Assembly (NCBI GenBank): GCA_039185935.1
Contig: JBCDAJ010000012.1
Location: forward strand, 2,023 to 66,022
Source: Cyanobacteria bacterium P01_F01_bin.56
GTDB taxonomy: Bacteria > Cyanobacteriota > Cyanobacteriia > Phormidesmidales > Phormidesmidaceae
DNA length: 64,000 bases
Direction: 5' to 3'
Shown: positions 19,776 to 32,100 of the stretch, one piece after another
How the letters are laid out: every line of letters begins with the position of its first letter
How positions within the stretch are numbered: the first letter of the stretch is position 1
The notes under the pieces: generated by a model
What the model was told of the DNA's origin: nothing
The model's input: the letters and a program-made list of their open reading frames with translations, nothing else
Database searches by the model: none
Made by a program: the position numbers and the translations under genes

Positions 19776-21314
19776 TTACGCTTCTACTATAGTCGCCAAT
19801 TGAGGTGAGAGTGGCTGAGTTGTGTCAACCATTTTCACATACGGCTTTTCTTCAGGAGTAAACGGTTCAAACTGTTGATTAGCAAGGACGGCAACGGTGG
19901 CATCAGCAATGTCGCCTTGGCGATCGCGCACCCGTTGCTCTAAAACCGTCGCTGGAGCCTCGCAGTTCACGATAGTGAGGGGCAGTTTATGCTGCTGGGC
20001 TTGAGCGATCGCGAGTTGTCGAGTTGTCATGCGATCAAACTTGGCATCCAGAATCACGGTGTATCCTTGACTAGCCAGCCTGCCCCCTAGCTCAGTTAGT
20101 CGCCTGTAGGTTTTCTGAGACATTTCGGCCGTGTACAGGCTGTCATCGCCCCGTTCCTGCAGTGGCACTCCCGCCAAATGCTTTCGGACTGCGTCTGAGC
20201 GGAGGTAGACTGCCCCCAGTTGTCGACTCAATTCCTGAGCAACAGTACTCTTGCCCGAACCTGATAAACCGGACATCACGAGCAACTGTCCCGGTCGCGG
20301 CTGCACATAAGACCAGGCCAGAGTGTAATATTTCGCCGCTTTGGCAGATGCCGCCTGTTTAGTGTCTTCATCAATCGAAGGATCACCTAATAAAAAGGAG
20401 GTGACCTTGGCTCTGACGTAGGACTGGCGACTGACGTAGAGTGGCAACACTTGCAACCCGTCCCAATCACCTGTGCATTCAACATAGTGGCTGAGAAAAA
20501 CAGCAGCCAAATCGCGGCGGTCTTGCACCGTCAAGTCCATGATGATGTAAGCGATGTCAAACATGACATCAACCAAGCGAAATGGCTCATTGAACTCAAT
20601 GCAGTCAAACAGCAGCAGTTGATCTTGCCAGTAGCAAATATTGTTGAGGTGCAAATCACCATGGCAGGCCCGAATTTTACCCTGCGCCATGCGATGCTGC
20701 AGCAAGGTTGGCTGAGTGGCAAAAAACTGATCGGTGTAGGCTTTGGTTTCGTCAAACTGCTGTTGGGTTTGCGGCCCACCGATGAAACCAGCAGTTTGCT
20801 CGTAGTTCTCATCAATGGATTCGCGGACATTGACCACCGTTCCAAAGTCGCGAATATAGTCGTTGGTTTCTGCCTTCAGGTGAAAGTCAGCGATCGCCGC
20901 TGCCAGTTGTCGCAATAACTCTTCTGTCAGTTCACCCTGCTCAAATAGATGGCTCAGTAGCGTGGATTGCGGAAACTGTTGCATCTTGACGGCGTATTCC
21001 ACAATCTCACCATCAGCCCCCAGTCTGTAGCGATCGCCCTGTCGCGTAATCGGCAGGGCCGCCAAATATAACGCAGCCGCTGCACGTTGATTGAGACGCA
21101 GTTCTTCTTCGCAAAAATGTTGACGGCGGTCTAACGTGGCATAGTTCAGAAAGCCAAAGTCCACAGGCTTCTTCACTTTGTAGGCAAAGTCCCCCGTTAG
21201 CAACACATAAGACACATGGGTCTGCATCAGCCGAATGGGCATTTGCACGTCATGGGGATAAAACTCCGGTTGGAGCATTTGCTCAATTAACGGGGGGAGG
21301 GATGCGTTAGCCAT
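19776..21314 (-). CDS. Bifunctional APH-like phosphotransferase / AAA_33 kinase
   Basis: QTHVSYVLL, CHGDLHLNN, DCIEFN; Walker A GLSGSGKST. Confidence 0.9.
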   Translation of the reverse strand: MANASLPPLIEQMLQPEFYPHDVQMPIRLMQTHVSYVLLTGDFAYKVKKPVDFGFLNYATLDRRQHFCEEELRLNQRAAAALYLAALPITRQGDRYRLGADGEIVEYAVKMQQFPQSTLLSHLFEQGELTEELLRQLAAAIADFHLKAETNDYIRDFGTVVNVRESIDENYEQTAGFIGGPQTQQQFDETKAYTDQFFATQPTLLQHRMAQGKIRACHGDLHLNNICYWQDQLLLFDCIEFNEPFRLVDVMFDIAYIIMDLTVQDRRDLAAVFLSHYVECTGDWDGLQVLPLYVSRQSYVRAKVTSFLLGDPSIDEDTKQAASAKAAKYYTLAWSYVQPRPGQLLVMSGLSGSGKSTVAQELSRQLGAVYLRSDAVRKHLAGVPLQERGDDSLYTAEMSQKTYRRLTELGGRLASQGYTVILDAKFDRMTTRQLAIAQAQQHKLPLTIVNCEAPATVLEQRVRDRQGDIADATVAVLANQQFEPFTPEEKPYVKMVDTTQPLSPQLATIVEA

Positions 21315-21335
21315 AAATACCTGAGTTTTGGCAAT

Positions 21336-21364
21336 AAAAAACCAGGGATAAACATCCCTGGTTG
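21336..21364 (-). terminator. Intrinsic terminator after rplY
   Basis: ACCAGGGAT-AAAC-ATCCCTGGT hairpin followed by a T-run on the minus strand. Confidence 0.75.
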
Positions 21365-21381
21365 GTTGATCTCAATCAGCG

Positions 21382-21993
21382 TTACTCTGTGGCTTGATCG
21401 GCAACCACAGCGACTACAGACTCTTCACTGGCAACGGTTCTCGGAGCCGCCACATTGACTAGGGTCTTGTCAGTATCGGCGATCGCCTCAACCCCAGCAG
21501 GCAGTTTCAGATCACTTATGTGCAGGTTTTCGCCCACCGCCAGGTTAGAAACGTCAACATCGAGTGTTTCAGGAATCGCCCCCGGCGCACACCGAATAGC
21601 TAACTCAGAAACCATGATGTCGAGGGTTCCCCCTTCATCTTTAACCCCTTTAGCTGTGCCGGTATAAGCAACAGGGACCACAACATCAACACTAGACTGG
21701 CTCGCAATCGAAAAGAAACTCAAGTGATAAAGCTGATCTTTCCAAGGATGGGTCTGGACTTCACGCAGCAGGGCCTGACCATTCCAAGGCATCTCAGGGA
21801 CGCTGACATTGATCAGAGTGTTATTGACCGATGCACTACGCACTAAGCGTTCGGCCGCTCGCTCATTGACCGTTAACGAAACTGACGCATCGCCATCATG
21901 TCCGTATAAGACTGCAGGGATTTGCCCCTCCCGACGGAGAGCTCTAGGGTTAACGCTGGTATCGCGCTTTTGACATTCAATCGACAGTTCCAT
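21382..21993 (-). CDS. rplY: 50S ribosomal protein L25 / Ctc
   Basis: RALRREGQIPAVLYG, LREVQTHP, HLSFF. Confidence 0.95.
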   Translation of the reverse strand: MELSIECQKRDTSVNPRALRREGQIPAVLYGHDGDASVSLTVNERAAERLVRSASVNNTLINVSVPEMPWNGQALLREVQTHPWKDQLYHLSFFSIASQSSVDVVVPVAYTGTAKGVKDEGGTLDIMVSELAIRCAPGAIPETLDVDVSNLAVGENLHISDLKLPAGVEAIADTDKTLVNVAAPRTVASEESVVAVVADQATE

Positions 21994-22044
21994 AGGACTT
22001 ACTTAACACTTCAAAAGGGTTTCTGCGGACAAACAAACGAACAA

Positions 22045-23382
22045 TCAAGCGACTTGAGACGCACTGCCATTTTCATACAGCAGCGCTCTCTTGGGACCGT
22101 GGATGGGATCTTCCACAATAATGGTCTGATCACGACTGGCTCCGAGCGACACGATCGCGATCGGAACCTCCATTAACTCAGCCAAAAACTTCAAATAATC
22201 CAACGCTTGGCCAGGCAGATCTTCGAGCGATCGACAATTGGCTGTGGATTTTCTCCAACCTGGGAGCGTAGTGTAAATCGGTTCGCACTGGGCAAACAAC
22301 CGGCCGCTGCCTGGCAACTCCTTATGCACCTCACCATCAATTTTGTAAGCGGTGCAGACCTGAATTTCATCCAGTTCATCGAGGACATCCAGCTTCGTAA
22401 TCGCTAGACAATCGATGCCGTTAATGCGCACCGCGTAGCGACCAATGACGGCATCAAACCAGCCACAACGTCGCCGCCGCCCTGTGGTCGTGCCAAACTC
22501 AGAACCCAGCTCACATAGCTTATCACCAAGGCCTCCCACCAACTCTGTCGGAAATGGCCCTTCACCAACGCGAGTGGTATAGGCCTTTGCTACACCAATG
22601 ACCCGGTCAATCATCGTCGGGCCAACGCCAGAGCCAATACATGCACCGCCCGCCACCGGGTTAGACGAAGTGACGTAAGGATAAGTCCCATGGTCAAGAT
22701 CTAGCAAGGTCCCCTGAGCGCCTTCAAACAAGATGTTTTTGCGCTGGCGAATCGCCCGATCAATAAGTAGTGAACTATCGACAACGTGGGACCGTAGCCG
22801 CTCAGCGTAGCTCCGATATTCCTCTAGAACAGCCTTTGGATCGAGGGGTTCCAGGCCATATAGCTTTTCAAGAACGACATTTTTATACTGAATCGTCCAC
22901 TCTAGCTGCTCCGAAAGATCCTCTATATCGAGCAGGTCAACCATGCGAATGCCGATACGTTCAGACTTATCGGCATAGGTAGGCCCAATGCCGCGACGAG
23001 TGGTGCCAATTTTCTTTTTACCCCGACGCTCCTCAGAGGCCTGGTCTAGCAGACGGTGGTAAGGCATGGTGACATGGGCTGCTTCAGAAATCAGCAGATT
23101 CTGAGTCGAGATCCCCAACCCCTCAAGCATGTCAAGCTCTTTAATGATCTCGCCTGGATCGATAACTGTGCCACTGCCAATTACACACTGAGTATCGGAA
23201 TACAAAATGCCTGATGGAATCAGGTGCAATTTAAACGTCTGCCCCTGAACGACAACGGTATGACCTGCATTAACGCCGCCTTGGTACCGTACAACCACAT
23301 GTGCCGACCGGCTCAAGAGGTCAGTTATCTTCCCTTTTCCTTCGTCGCCCCACTGGGCTCCAATCACTACGACGTTAGCCAA
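22045..23382 (-). CDS. purA: Adenylosuccinate synthetase
   Basis: [38 protein letters not shown]; TTG start at 23382. Confidence 0.98.
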   Translation of the reverse strand: MANVVVIGAQWGDEGKGKITDLLSRSAHVVVRYQGGVNAGHTVVVQGQTFKLHLIPSGILYSDTQCVIGSGTVIDPGEIIKELDMLEGLGISTQNLLISEAAHVTMPYHRLLDQASEERRGKKKIGTTRRGIGPTYADKSERIGIRMVDLLDIEDLSEQLEWTIQYKNVVLEKLYGLEPLDPKAVLEEYRSYAERLRSHVVDSSLLIDRAIRQRKNILFEGAQGTLLDLDHGTYPYVTSSNPVAGGACIGSGVGPTMIDRVIGVAKAYTTRVGEGPFPTELVGGLGDKLCELGSEFGTTTGRRRRCGWFDAVIGRYAVRINGIDCLAITKLDVLDELDEIQVCTAYKIDGEVHKELPGSGRLFAQCEPIYTTLPGWRKSTANCRSLEDLPGQALDYLKFLAELMEVPIAIVSLGASRDQTIIVEDPIHGPKRALLYENGSASQVA

Positions 23383-23696
23383 TGTCTTTAAGGTCTTCCG
23401 TTCACACAAATGACCATTATCTCCAAGACTTTGTAGCCCTGTCAAGACTTTGTTTGAGCAGTGGGGTCAGGCCTATTAACTCAGGCAATGAACAATTCAA
23501 CGGCATCAGATGGCAGCAACAGGCGTGAAGGTTAGCCGCCTGATTTTCAATAATTTTTGAAGCTAATTTAACGCCTAGCCCCCTCAAATCAGCATATTTA
23601 CTGCTAAAACAATAGACAAATTTCTGCTTGCTTTACAATACTTCATATATCTAGCGGGTCATGGTTTCTAGGTAGTCTGTAGTCGAGGGTTTTGTT

Positions 23697-24764
23697 ATGA
23701 GTTTGTATGCTGAGCTTCACCGCCACCTGGGTGGTTCGGTTGTGCCCAGGGTTTTGTGGCGTTACTTTCAGCGCAACCGTCCTGACGTGTCCGATCGCTT
23801 TGACGGCTATCCTGACTTTGAAGCGTTCTACACTCGTCCTCGCAACACGCTGGCCGAATATTTGGAATTGCACACCTTGGTAGAAAGCGTGCAGACCCAT
23901 GAAGCGCTGCCTTATTTTGTGTATCGCTTGATTCGCGGAGCCTATATTTTTGAGAACTTAGCGTATCTGGAACTGCGCTACACCCCTTATCTGCGGACGC
24001 CTGAACACTTGCCACAGAATGCACGCATCGACAAGATGGCCGAAATTGTGGAAGTGGTCGGGCGGGCCAGTCAGCAGTCGGAATATCCGGTGGTGACGAA
24101 GCAAATTCTTTGTATGCACTCCAAATTGCCCTATGAGGTCAATCGGGCCATTGTCGACTTGGCAGCCCAGTTTCCTGAGTATGTTTGTGCGATCGACTTG
24201 GCTGGGGGCGATGCGCAGTATGGTGATCGCTTGGACGAATACGTTGCCCTTTATGCTCACGCACGGAGTCTGGGAATGGGCACAACCGGTCATGTGTTTG
24301 AGACTCAAGACGGCTGTTATCCAGAGCTGCTGCCGTATTTGATGCGAATTGGTCACGGCATTCAGATTCCGCTGCAGCGACCCGATTTGCTGAGAGATGT
24401 CGCCGCCCGCGGCCAATGCCTAGAGGTCTGTCCAACGACTTACTTCAAAACCGGTACTTTGGACAACATTCAACAGTTAAAGCCGGTTTTTGATAGCTGT
24501 TTTGAAGCTGGGGTCGATATTGCCATCTGCACTGACAACGCTGGCTTGCATAACGTGCGTTTGCCCTTTGAGTACGAAAATCTGCTCACGCAGGACATCA
24601 TCGGCTTTGGTCAGTTGCAAGCCTGCCAAGCAGCAGCCTTTCGCCATGCCTTTGCCTGGCCTCACGAACGTCAGCCCGGCTCAGTGATTGAAGCCATGCT
24701 GCGGCAGCGGTTGACGAACCTGTTGGAAGCAGACGTCGACGAGCCGGCTATACATAATAATTAG
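23697..24764 (+). CDS. add: Adenosine deaminase family protein
   Basis: ELHRHLGG, RIGHG, EVCPT, CTDN metal-binding motifs. Confidence 0.85.
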   Translation: MSLYAELHRHLGGSVVPRVLWRYFQRNRPDVSDRFDGYPDFEAFYTRPRNTLAEYLELHTLVESVQTHEALPYFVYRLIRGAYIFENLAYLELRYTPYLRTPEHLPQNARIDKMAEIVEVVGRASQQSEYPVVTKQILCMHSKLPYEVNRAIVDLAAQFPEYVCAIDLAGGDAQYGDRLDEYVALYAHARSLGMGTTGHVFETQDGCYPELLPYLMRIGHGIQIPLQRPDLLRDVAARGQCLEVCPTTYFKTGTLDNIQQLKPVFDSCFEAGVDIAICTDNAGLHNVRLPFEYENLLTQDIIGFGQLQACQAAAFRHAFAWPHERQPGSVIEAMLRQRLTNLLEADVDEPAIHNN

Positions 24765-24931
24765 TTCTGTTCTATGACTACTTGTTCTGTGACCACTAGA
24801 TAACTTATCTGGAAAGGGGGTTTAGTCACTCCCAAAATCTGAACTAAAAGGGTGCGAGTGGTTGCATGATCCGAGATAATAGATGGGTTTTGTAAATCCC
24901 TCTCACATTCAATCAGCACTCGGCAATTACC

Positions 24932-26740
24932 ATGCGTACCCACTACTGCGGCCACTTGCGAGCCTCCCACATTGGCGAAACTGTCACCCTATTTGGTTGG
25001 GTTGATCGCCGCCGCGACCATGGAGGCGTAATCTTTGTGGATTTGCGCGATCGCACGGGCGTTGTACAAATTGTCAGTGACCCAGAACGGACACCGGCTT
25101 CGTTTGAGACTGCTAACAGCCTGCGAAACGAATATGTTGTGCGGATTACGGGCAAGGTTAGTCAGCGGCAGGCAGGTGCCATCAACCCCAAGCTACCCAC
25201 TGGGGAAATCGAAATTTACGCCGACGAAATTGAACTCTTGAATGCGGTGCGTAAGCAGTTGCCCTTTCAAGTGTCTACTGCTGAAGCGGAGGCGGTCAGA
25301 GAAGAACTGCGACTGCGCTATCGTTATCTTGATTTGCGGCGAGAGCGCATGGCGAAAAATCTACAGACCCGCCATGCGATCGTCAAAGCCATTCGCCGCT
25401 TCCTCGAAGACGAAGAGCATTTTATAGAAGTGGAGACGCCGATTTTGACGCGCTCGACGCCCGAGGGCGCCCGCGATTTTATCTTGCCCTCCCGCGTGAA
25501 TGAAGGCGAATGGTTTGCATTGCCCCAGTCGCCGCAGCTCTTCAAGCAAATTCTTATGGTGTCGGGGGTCGATCGCTATTACCAAATTGCCCGCTGTTTT
25601 CGCGATGAAGATTTACGAGCTGATCGCCAGCCAGAATTCACCCAGTTAGACATGGAGATGAGTTTTCTGGATCAGGACGAGATTCTGACACTCAATGAGC
25701 GTTTGGTCTGCCATATTTTCAAGGCGGTGAAAGGCATTGAAGTACCGCGGCCTTTTCCCCGACTCACCTATGCTGAAGCCATGGCTCGCTACGGCAGTGA
25801 TAAGCCAGATACGCGCTACGGTTTGGAATTGGTAGAAGTATCGGATTTGGTAGCAGACTCTGGCTTCAAAGTGTTTTCGGGGGCGGTGAAGTCTGGGGGC
25901 ATGGTCAAGGTGCTACCAATTCCCAACGGCAACGACGTTATTTCCAATGTTCGTATTAAGCCGGGTGGCGATCTCTTTAAGGTGGCAGCAGCAGCGGGAG
26001 CTAAAGGGCTGGCATACATTCGGGTCCGCGCAGGGGGTGAAATTGATACGATTGGCGCCATTAAAGACAATCTGACCGCCGAGCAAGTGCAAGAGTTGTT
26101 GCGTCGTACAGGGGCAGAGGCTGGCACGCTTATCTTGTTTGGTGCCGGTCCTGATGACATCGTTAATCCCACTCTTGATCGGGTGCGACAGGCGATCGCG
26201 AAGGAAATGAACTTGATTCCAGAGGATCACCTTAATCTGCTCTGGGTGACGGATTTTCCGATGTTTGAGTGGAACGCTGATGAACAGCGCTTGGAAGCAC
26301 TGCACCATCCCTTTACGGCTCCACGTCCAGACGAAATGGATGATTTGAAAACCGCCCGCGCCCAAGCCTATGACCTGGTCCTTAACGGCTATGAAATTGG
26401 TGGTGGCAGCTTACGCATTTATCAACCCGATGTGCAGCGACAAGTCTTTGAAACAATTGGCCTATCAGCAGCAGAGGCTCAGGAAAAGTTTGGCTTTTTG
26501 CTGGAAGCGTTTGAATATGGCACGCCCCCCCACGGTGGTATTGCCTATGGCCTTGATCGCTTGGTCATGTTGATGGCGGGAGAGGAGTCGATTCGGGATG
26601 CGATCGCTTTTCCGAAAACCCAGCAGGCGCGCTGCTTATTGACCGATGCACCGTCGGCGGTGGATGCCAAGCAGCTAAAAGAATTGCAGGTCGCCTCGAC
26701 CTACCGTCCTAAACCTAAAGATGATGCGGCAAATACCTAG
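24932..26740 (+). CDS. aspS: Aspartate--tRNA ligase
   Basis: [47 protein letters not shown]. Confidence 0.98.
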   Translation: MRTHYCGHLRASHIGETVTLFGWVDRRRDHGGVIFVDLRDRTGVVQIVSDPERTPASFETANSLRNEYVVRITGKVSQRQAGAINPKLPTGEIEIYADEIELLNAVRKQLPFQVSTAEAEAVREELRLRYRYLDLRRERMAKNLQTRHAIVKAIRRFLEDEEHFIEVETPILTRSTPEGARDFILPSRVNEGEWFALPQSPQLFKQILMVSGVDRYYQIARCFRDEDLRADRQPEFTQLDMEMSFLDQDEILTLNERLVCHIFKAVKGIEVPRPFPRLTYAEAMARYGSDKPDTRYGLELVEVSDLVADSGFKVFSGAVKSGGMVKVLPIPNGNDVISNVRIKPGGDLFKVAAAAGAKGLAYIRVRAGGEIDTIGAIKDNLTAEQVQELLRRTGAEAGTLILFGAGPDDIVNPTLDRVRQAIAKEMNLIPEDHLNLLWVTDFPMFEWNADEQRLEALHHPFTAPRPDEMDDLKTARAQAYDLVLNGYEIGGGSLRIYQPDVQRQVFETIGLSAAEAQEKFGFLLEAFEYGTPPHGGIAYGLDRLVMLMAGEESIRDAIAFPKTQQARCLLTDAPSAVDAKQLKELQVASTYRPKPKDDAANT

Positions 26741-27021
26741 CTGCCAAGGATGTTGGCAGGGCGGGCGATGGCGATCGCTAAAGCAAGTCGCCGTTAGCTG
26801 AAGCTATTTGAGATGGCTGAAACGCTCTGTATCAGGGACTTATGTTTGATTTCTGTCCTCTGGGGTCTGCAGCCTGAGATATTTTTCGTTGCTGAGTTTT
26901 CACAACTTAACAGGAAGTCATAAGGATTACTACAAATACACAGATCAGTGACCAACTGCTCACAACATCACGATAGGATTTACCAATCAATGTCCGAGAC
27001 AAATCTGTATGTAGGAGCCTT

Positions 27022-27420
27022 ATGCTCATCGTCCTGCTAATTTTTGGCCTTAGTTTAGTCCCTGCTTTAATTTCCGCTTGGATTAGCCTCCGTTCTCACG
27101 AGCGGGTGCAGGCTGAGTTTGGCCGAGCCATGGAGGCAGCTGCCCGTAGAGGCTTGAAAGAAGCGATTCAGCGCGATCGCGACCTGAACTATGTTGAAGG
27201 TCTCGGTTATGTCATTGGTGATTTTACCTGTGAGATGAATGCGCGATCGCCCTATCTGCGCTGCGCGATGAATCCCTGTGGCCCCTGTACAGGCTGTAAG
27301 TATTACGAAGCCCCCGTGGTGCGCGAAGTCGTGATGACCGTTCCAGAAACGACCAACGCTTGTCCCATTCCCCCCATGCCTAACACCTGCCCCTTACCAG
27401 TATTTTCCAGCGTTGCCTAA
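27022..27420 (+). CDS. DUF6464-like conserved cyanobacterial protein
   Basis: IGDFTCEMNARSPYLRCAMNPCGPCTGCKYYE Cys motif. Confidence 0.75.
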   Translation: MLIVLLIFGLSLVPALISAWISLRSHERVQAEFGRAMEAAARRGLKEAIQRDRDLNYVEGLGYVIGDFTCEMNARSPYLRCAMNPCGPCTGCKYYEAPVVREVVMTVPETTNACPIPPMPNTCPLPVFSSVA

Positions 27421-27528
27421 TAACCAGATTTAGCCACTCTTGAGTGAGGGCAAACCTTAATACGCTTCTATAGCTAGAATTTTGGCCCAGGGTTTAACCT
27501 TGGGCTTTTGTTGTGGGTATCAAATCCA

Positions 27529-28053
27529 ATGGCTAATCCTCAAATTGCCACGATACAGACCATTTTCAGTTCTCGGCTTGACAACCTCAGCCACTTCTTA
27601 GAGCTTGCCGAGACTCATTTCGCCACAGAGTTGGAGGCCTTCCTGCAGCGTCGCATTGCCCCTGACATGTTGCCCTTCGGCACGCAAGTGGTTTTTACCT
27701 GTAACCAGCCCCGCAATTTTGCTTTGTGGTGTGCTGACCAGCCAGCCGACAATTTACCACCAAATGTCGACACGCTTGTGCAGGCTCACGAGCATATCGC
27801 TGCCACCAAAGGCTTACTGGCCGAGATTGACGCTGTTGATGCCAAGCTAGAAACCATTGCCAAAATTCCCCTTGGACAGCCACTCTACCTAGAACTCTCT
27901 GGACGATCGTATGTCGATGACTTTTTGGTGCCTAACTTTTACTTCCATCTCACAACGGCATACAACATTATCCGCATGGCAGGAGCACCCATTGGGAAGC
28001 GCGATTACATGACGCATTTGGTACCTTTAATCCAACATCAAGACAACACATAG
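27529..28053 (+). CDS. DUF1993 family protein
   Basis: APDMLPFGTQV, PNFYFHLTTAYNI, IGKRDY. Confidence 0.85.
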   Translation: MANPQIATIQTIFSSRLDNLSHFLELAETHFATELEAFLQRRIAPDMLPFGTQVVFTCNQPRNFALWCADQPADNLPPNVDTLVQAHEHIAATKGLLAEIDAVDAKLETIAKIPLGQPLYLELSGRSYVDDFLVPNFYFHLTTAYNIIRMAGAPIGKRDYMTHLVPLIQHQDNT

Positions 28054-28327
28054 AAGCAGAGTCCAGGGTTCAGAGTGCGGAACTCTGAGGTGTCGGTGGC
28101 GCCAATATGCCTAAGATATGAACCCGCCAAAGACAAAAAGTTGACAGACACCGGTCGTATCAAACGCCTGTTGCCCGACCTCCTTGACCGCTGTTGATCC
28201 TGACGGCGATCAACGGCGATCAATAGTGTGCTGATGGACACTGCCTCTGGTCACCGGGAAGGGCCCAAGAGCGAGTTAAAGACAGCTTGAGCTGCCAAAA
28301 TTAGGAGACTGTGATGCGGTTTCTCAA

Positions 28328-29122
28328 ATGTTCTTGTTTTTGTCAAAGTTATTGCCGTTGCTGGTTTATCCACTCGGACTAGCCAGTGTGCTGCTCTTGA
28401 TCACCGTGTGGGGAATTTGGCAAAAGCGACAGCGGCTGGCAATGCTGAGTACGATCGCGGCTTTTCTCATCCTTTGGGCCGGCAGTAATGCTTGGGTCGC
28501 AACGCGCCTGGTGCAGTCTTTAGAATGGCAAAATCTGCCCCCGACCCCCGTACCCGAAACCGAAGCGATCGTGGTGTTGGGGGGCTGCACTCGCCCAGCG
28601 GATGCGCCGCGCCCATGGGTGGATGTCTCTGAAGCCGGCGATCGCGTGCTGCATGGCGCTCAACTGTACAAGGCAGGGAAAGCTCCCAAACTCATCTTCA
28701 GTGGGGGTCGCATTGAGTGGAAGGGGGGTGGTCCCCCAGAATCGGAGGATATGGCCCAAATCGCGACGGCGATGGGGGTGCCGCGCCGCGATATTCTACA
28801 GGATCCGACCTCACTCAATACTTATCAAAATGCAGTAAATGTCAAAGCGATTTTAGAACAGGAGGGCATCAATCGGGTGCTGCTGGTGACATCGGCAATG
28901 CACATGCCGCGATCGCTCGCGATTTTCAAAAAGCAGGGCATCGAGGCGATCGCGGCCCCGACTGATTTCCTGATTTCTGAACGACGCGTCGCCGAAGTAA
29001 CCGGTACCCGTCAGGCGATTTTGCTTAGCCTGCTGCCCGATGCTGCCAAGCTGGATGAGGTAAGTCGCGCCATGAAGGAATACATTGGGCTGCTGGTTTA
29101 TCGCTTTAGGGGGTGGCTCTAA
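28328..29122 (+). CDS. YdcF/ElyC (DUF218) family protein
   Basis: AIVVLGG, SLNTYQNA, LLVTSAMHMPRS, MKEYIG. Confidence 0.9.
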   Translation: MFLFLSKLLPLLVYPLGLASVLLLITVWGIWQKRQRLAMLSTIAAFLILWAGSNAWVATRLVQSLEWQNLPPTPVPETEAIVVLGGCTRPADAPRPWVDVSEAGDRVLHGAQLYKAGKAPKLIFSGGRIEWKGGGPPESEDMAQIATAMGVPRRDILQDPTSLNTYQNAVNVKAILEQEGINRVLLVTSAMHMPRSLAIFKKQGIEAIAAPTDFLISERRVAEVTGTRQAILLSLLPDAAKLDEVSRAMKEYIGLLVYRFRGWL

Positions 29123-29147
29123 TCGCCACTCAGCTCAGCTGTCTTGT

Positions 29148-32100
29148 TTATTCGGGTTTACGACCACATAACCAGTAAGTCACCATTTCGCCTTTGCCCT
29201 TGACGTCGATCGCGCCGCGCTTTTCGAATGCATATTGGGTTTTGAGGTGTTCGTAGACCTTAGCGGTCACCTGAATCCGATTAGCCTGACCTTGTGATTC
29301 CATGCGGCTGGCAACATTGACGGCATCTCCCCACAAGTCGTAGGAAAATTTCCTCAGGCCAATAACTCCGGCGACGACCGGGCCAGTGTCAATGCCAATC
29401 CGGAGTCTAAAGCTCGATTGATCTTGTCGACGAAATTGCGCGATCGCAGCCTGCATGTCGAGGGCCATTTCCGCGATTGCTTGGGTATGGTCATGTAAAG
29501 CACTGGGTACACCACCCACCACCATGTAAGCATCTCCAATAGTTTTGATTTTTTCGAGGCGATGGCGTTCTGCCAGGTGGTCGAATGCCGAAAAGATTTC
29601 GTTGAGCAAATCTACTAAATCGGTTGGGGGTAGGGCGCCTGAGAGTTCCGTAAAGTTCACAATATCGGCAAAGAGGATGGTCACCTCGTCAAAGCGATAG
29701 GCGATAGAGCGGCTGCTGCGCTTGAGTTGGTCAGCAATCGAAGCGGGCAAAATATTGAGCAATAATCGTTCCGAGCGTTCTTGCTCAACCCGCAGAGCCT
29801 CCTCAATTTCCTTGCTATTAGTGATGTCCGTCAAAAAGCCTTCGACCACTGCTGGGGTGGCATTTGGGCGCGAAACGGGAATCCCTTTCTCCAGCACCCA
29901 TTTTTCCTGGCCGCTGGCGGTCAAAATGCGATACGTCATCTGAAACGGATCGCCCGCTGGCAGCGATCGCTCTACTTCACCTTTGACGTAACTGCGATCG
30001 TCCGGGTGAATCAGTTGCTCAAAGGGCACTGCGGTCTCACCGAGCAAATCACTCGGGGCATATCCCGTCAGGTCGTAACAGCCGTCGCTAACAAATTCGA
30101 GGCTCCAATGAGAATCACAGTGCCGCCGATAGGCCATACCCGCCAGGTTACCCAACAGCGTTGCTAAGGTTCGCTGACTCTCACGCAGGGCCTCCTGAGC
30201 TTGACGGCGTTGAGTAATGTCGGCAACGGTGCCTTCGTAATACACGATGTTGTCTTGCTCATCTCGCACCGCCCGCACATTTTCTGAAACCCAGATAATG
30301 TTGCCGTCAGCTCGATAGACTTGTGATTCAAAGGCAAAGACGGCCCCTTGCTTGTGCAGCCGCTGCAGCATAATCCGCCGCCGCTCTTCATTGACGTAGA
30401 GGCGATCGATGTTCGTAATGCGCCCCATCATTTCCGGTGGGCTGTGGTAGCCATACATTCTTGATAGAGCGGGATTCACACTCAGATAGCAAGCATCAGG
30501 ACTCGCCTGAAAAATGCCCTCAGCACTGTTTTCAAAAATGCTGCGGTATTTTTCCTCGGCTTTTTGGAGGGCAATGTTAGCGCGTCGCTTTTCTGTAATG
30601 TCTCGCGCCACCCAAATGACCCGACTGTTGGGCATCGGTGAGATGATGGCACTGTACCAAGCGGTGCTTTCAAAATCATCAGGAGCTGCTTGACCGCTCG
30701 CATCGCCCAGTTGCTGCCAGTCCCCGATAGGGAGGCCGTATTCTAACCGCACCGGTTTGCGGGTATTGAGGGCCTGCTGAATGTGGCGCATAAAGAGGCT
30801 AGCCTGATAAGGTGGCAGCACTTCGTACACCGTTTGGCCGATACGCTCTTTGCCAGGGTTATAGAGTAGTTGCGAATTAGTGGCCACCATACTGAGGTAG
30901 CGTCCGTCACTGTCAAACACGGTGATGACATCGGTCATCGCCGCAAAGAGGGCACGAAGTTCTGCTTCTGAGGCCCGTAGCGCTTCTTCGACTCGATGGC
31001 GTTCTCGAATTTCTGATAGCAGTCGCTGATTGGATTCTGTGAGGGCCGCTGTGCGCCGCTCGACTCGGAGTTCTAATTCTTCATTGGCTCGCTGCAGCGC
31101 GGCTTCGACCTCTTTGCGCTGGGTAATGTCTTCAACGGTACCTTCGTAATAGAGGAGATTGCCCCTGTGGTCGTAAACAGCGCGAGCATTTTCGGAAATC
31201 CAAATAATATTGCCGTTGCGCTGATAAATCTGCGACTCAAATCCGGTGACCGCGCCATCGCGTTGCAGGGCTTGAATGAACTCTTGACGTCGCTGTGGTT
31301 CGACGTAAAGCTGCTGCTGAATATTGGTTAATTCAGCCATCATCGTGGCTGCAGTGGCATACCCGTAGATATGGGCTAAGGATGGGTTGGCACTCAAGTA
31401 ATGCCCTTCAGGCGTGGTTTGAAAAATCCCTTCGACGGCGTGTTCAAAAATGTTGCGATATTTTGCTTCGGCTTCTCGGAGGGCGGTTTCGGCGCGATCG
31501 CGCTCGGTAATATCGATGCCAACCGTAAACGCGGCTTTACCTTGGTTATACTTTTGCGCCACGATCAAAAAGCGGCGCTGCTCGCCAGCGACTTGGGCTG
31601 AGACTTCTCGGTAAGCATCTAGTTGATCACTTTGAAAAAAGTCTTGGACAAATAGGTTGAATTCACTGCTAGTGTGCAGGAACCCAATATGCTGACCAAT
31701 AAAGGCATCGATCGGCATGTTGAATGTCTGAGCCAGGTGATTGTTAACCCCGAGATACCTCAAGTCATCACTGATCCAAGACACGATGCCAGGGACCGCG
31801 TCTAAGATGGCTTGGAGCTGGTCACGAGCCGTTCTGAGGCTATTTTCGGCTTGGCTGCGTTCGACGACCTCTGCTACCAGAGTGTCATTGGATTCTCTTA
31901 AAGCGGCTGTTTGGGCTGCAAAGCGCTGGTTTAACTCGGCGATTTCTCCCCGAGTGGTGTGCAATTCTTGAGCGCGATCGCGCAACTCAGCCTTCAGGTC
32001 GGTCACTTCACGCTTCAGGTTTAGAATTTCTTGTCGGAGCGTGTCTTCGTCTTGGCTAGCTGCCGATGGCGATGGCGATGTAGCAGCTTGGTTTGCTTGC